Shown here: in pieces, positions 62,356-64,000 of the stretch | How positions within the stretch are numbered: position 1 is the stretch's first letter | How the letters are laid out: the number at the start of each line of letters is the position of its first letter | NCBI GenBank assembly: GCA_023393015.1 | Contig: JAEWMY010000037.1 | Coordinates: 12,830-76,829 of the forward strand | From: Spirochaetota bacterium | GTDB lineage: Bacteria > Spirochaetota > Spirochaetia > Treponematales > Treponemataceae | Direction: 5' to 3' | DNA: 64,000 bases | Position numbers and translations under genes: made by a program | The notes under the pieces: model-generated | What the model was told of the DNA's origin: nothing | Database searches by the model: none | The model's input: the letters and a program-made list of their open reading frames with translations, nothing else

Positions 62356-63885
62356 ATGGTCGAACGAAAATCCCGCGCGAGGTTGTATTTTATCGCGTTT
62401 CTGCTTCCCGCCTTCGCTCTTTATACCGTTTTTTTCATTTATCCTTTCATTCGGGGATTCGCCATATCGCTCACCAACTGGGACGGGCTCTCGCCGCGCG
62501 CGCCGAATCTCATCGATTCCCGCGTCTTCGACGAAGAGGTGCTTCCCGCGCTCGATCGCGCCGCGGACCGCGAATACCTCGAGTCGGTGTACGAGCCGAA
62601 CGACGACGGCACCGCGCGCCGCCGCCGTTCGCTTTCCGGTCTCGCGCGCCGGCGGGTCGAGTCGATACTCGCCCGCGCCGGGCACGAAAGCGAGTATAAC
62701 CGGTTCGTCGGCGCTCGAAACTACGTCGACATCCTTACCGGAAAGGTCGCCGAGAGCTTCTACCCGAGAAGCTTTTCCCAGTCCTGGTTCAACGCCTCCT
62801 CGTCGCTTCCCGACCGCCTCGAAGGAGCCGACTTCGAACGCTACTTCCTTTCGCGCCTTTCGGCGGACGAGCGGGAGACGTTCTCGCGGTTTTACTCGCC
62901 CGACGCGGACGGCGCGCTCTCCTACGTCCTTGACGAGCGCTTCGGCGAGTTCCACCTCGAGGACCTGATCTGGCTTATTCCCGAGGTCGAGGAGACCGGC
63001 GAGATAGCGCCCGAAGACGCGGGAAGCCTCGTCGACGCCGTAAAGGCCGCGTCCCTTTCCCGCGACGAGGCAGGTATGGAAAACGCGGTTGCGTCCTTCT
63101 TCTCGGCGCATTCGCTCCCGGAAGAAAGCCGCGAAGCGGTAATCGAAGGCGCGCGCGGACTCTATTCGATCGGCGAGGTCAAGCTTCTCCTCGCGAACCG
63201 GTGGAACAAACGGGGCGTAGACCTCGGCGTCGTCGGGTTCACGCTCTTCTTCACCGTCTGTTCCGTCGTCGGAATCAACGTCCTCGCCTTCCTTCTCGCG
63301 CTCGCTCTCGACACCGGCCTCGCGGGGCAGCGTTTTCTCCGCTCGGTGTTTTTCCTGCCGAACGTGCTTTCCATGATCATCGTCGCGCTCGTCTGGAAGA
63401 TGCTTTTCGTTCAGCTCTTTCCCCGGATCACCGGCATCGAGCAGTGGATGAGCGATCCCGCCAAGACTCCCTGGCTCATCGTGCTCGTCGCGGTGTGGCA
63501 AGGCGCGGGGTACTACATGATCGTCTATCTCGCGGGCCTCCAGAACATCCCGACGGACGTCGTCGAGGCGGCCCGCATCGACGGCGCGGGGCCGCTTCAG
63601 CGGTTCCGCTTCATAACGATGCCGCTTCTCGCGCCGGCGCTCACGATATCCCTCTTTCTCACGCTCGCGAACGCGCTCAAGAGTTTCGACCTCATCTACG
63701 CGATGACCTCGGGTTCCGCGTATACCTTCGGAACCGTCCCGGTCGTACTCGACATCTACTTCGACGCCTTCGCGCGGAAGCAGGCGGGACTCGCCGCCGC
63801 CAAGGCGATGCTCCTGTTCGCGGTGATCCTGTCCGTCACGGCGGTGCAGCTTTCCGTAATGAAACGCCGGGAGGTGGAACAATGA
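62356..63885 (+). CDS. Sugar ABC transporter permease (MalF/UgpA-like) with a large extracytoplasmic insertion
   Basis: RARLYFIAFLLPAFALYTVFFIYPFIRGFAISLTNWDG (TM1), then a ~260-aa hydrophilic insert, then the canonical core with EAARIDGAGPLQRFRFITMPLL (EAA loop). Start is the ATG at 62356 after GAGGAGGG. Confidence 0.9.
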   Translation: MVERKSRARLYFIAFLLPAFALYTVFFIYPFIRGFAISLTNWDGLSPRAPNLIDSRVFDEEVLPALDRAADREYLESVYEPNDDGTARRRRSLSGLARRRVESILARAGHESEYNRFVGARNYVDILTGKVAESFYPRSFSQSWFNASSSLPDRLEGADFERYFLSRLSADERETFSRFYSPDADGALSYVLDERFGEFHLEDLIWLIPEVEETGEIAPEDAGSLVDAVKAASLSRDEAGMENAVASFFSAHSLPEESREAVIEGARGLYSIGEVKLLLANRWNKRGVDLGVVGFTLFFTVCSVVGINVLAFLLALALDTGLAGQRFLRSVFFLPNVLSMIIVALVWKMLFVQLFPRITGIEQWMSDPAKTPWLIVLVAVWQGAGYYMIVYLAGLQNIPTDVVEAARIDGAGPLQRFRFITMPLLAPALTISLFLTLANALKSFDLIYAMTSGSAYTFGTVPVVLDIYFDAFARKQAGLAAAKAMLLFAVILSVTAVQLSVMKRREVEQ

Positions 63886-64000
63886 ACGACGCGTCGAAAC
63901 TCGCGGCGAAGCGGCGGCTTCTCGGCGTCGCGACGGGCCTTCTTGCCCTTGTCTTTTTTTACCCGATCGCGTACGTCGTCCTCAACGCCTTCAAGACCGA
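63882..64000 (+). CDS. Second sugar ABC transporter permease (MalG-like), 5' partial at the window edge
   Basis: The ATG at 63882 overlaps the upstream stop (ATGA). MNDASKLAAKRRLLGVATGLLALVFFYPIAYVVLNAFKT is a typical TM1 of a CUT1 permease. Confidence 0.75.
   Translation, partial: MNDASKLAAKRRLLGVATGLLALVFFYPIAYVVLNAFKT

Overview
This is a gene-dense window of a high-GC bacterial chromosome (about 60-65% GC by eye, not computed). All calls come from reading the ORF translations and the DNA; no database search was run. About 58 protein genes, one tRNA and two decayed genes can be supported. I see no rRNA, CRISPR array, integrase, transposase, phage module or recognisable defence system. Most long ORFs in the six-frame track are Arg/Pro/Gly-rich antisense shadows typical of high-GC DNA.

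Gene content from left to right:
- a YD-repeat-like lipoprotein and a HEAT-like secreted protein
- lysR-metE-metF (methionine synthesis)
- a metal block: an orphan ZnuA/TroA-like binding protein, a DtxR-family regulator, feoA-feoA-feoB
- a LUD-domain protein, a PfkB kinase and a metallophosphoesterase
- a translationally coupled DUF2339/DUF3999-like membrane pair
- an A/T-richer glycosyltransferase and CDP-alcohol transferase islet
- a complete C-P lyase phosphonate system (phnDCEE convergent with phnGHIJKM, a hexapeptide transferase, phnL and a PHP phosphoesterase)
- a DinB-like gene interrupted by one in-frame TAG
- small secreted and membrane proteins, and a PQQ-type sugar dehydrogenase
- tandem Rrf2 regulators with cysK and an O-acetylhomoserine sulfhydrylase
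- a TM2 protein and a stand-alone REC-like/PAS protein
- two methyl-accepting chemotaxis proteins flanking a NOX/ferric-reductase homologue
- an M28 peptidase, a GPH-family transporter and an acyltransferase
- a heavily decayed GH5 glycosidase gene
- tRNA-Thr(CGU) inside a repeat and terminator array built from its own 3' end
- two cNMP-binding proteins, a second PHP phosphoesterase, YifB/ComM and a UDPGP-family nucleotidyltransferase
- the start of a sugar ABC transporter operon with palindromic operators

Gene content (dCache MCPs, cNMP-TPR proteins, relaxed lipoboxes, Tro/Dtx-type metal genes) hints at a spirochaete-like organism, but that is only an inference.

No clear-cut new defence or mobile system is visible. 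The best candidates for undescribed biology are:
1. the apparent operon of an exported flavodoxin-like protein, a NOX-like haem/flavin oxidoreductase and a dCache chemoreceptor (41.6-45.6 kb)
2. the tRNA-Thr-derived inverted and direct repeat array with a 140-nt GC-rich structured element (53.3-53.7 kb)
3. the uncharacterised DUF2339/DUF3999-like pair (14.5-18.4 kb)
4. the atypical-composition glycosyl/phospho-alcohol transferase islet (18.4-21.4 kb)
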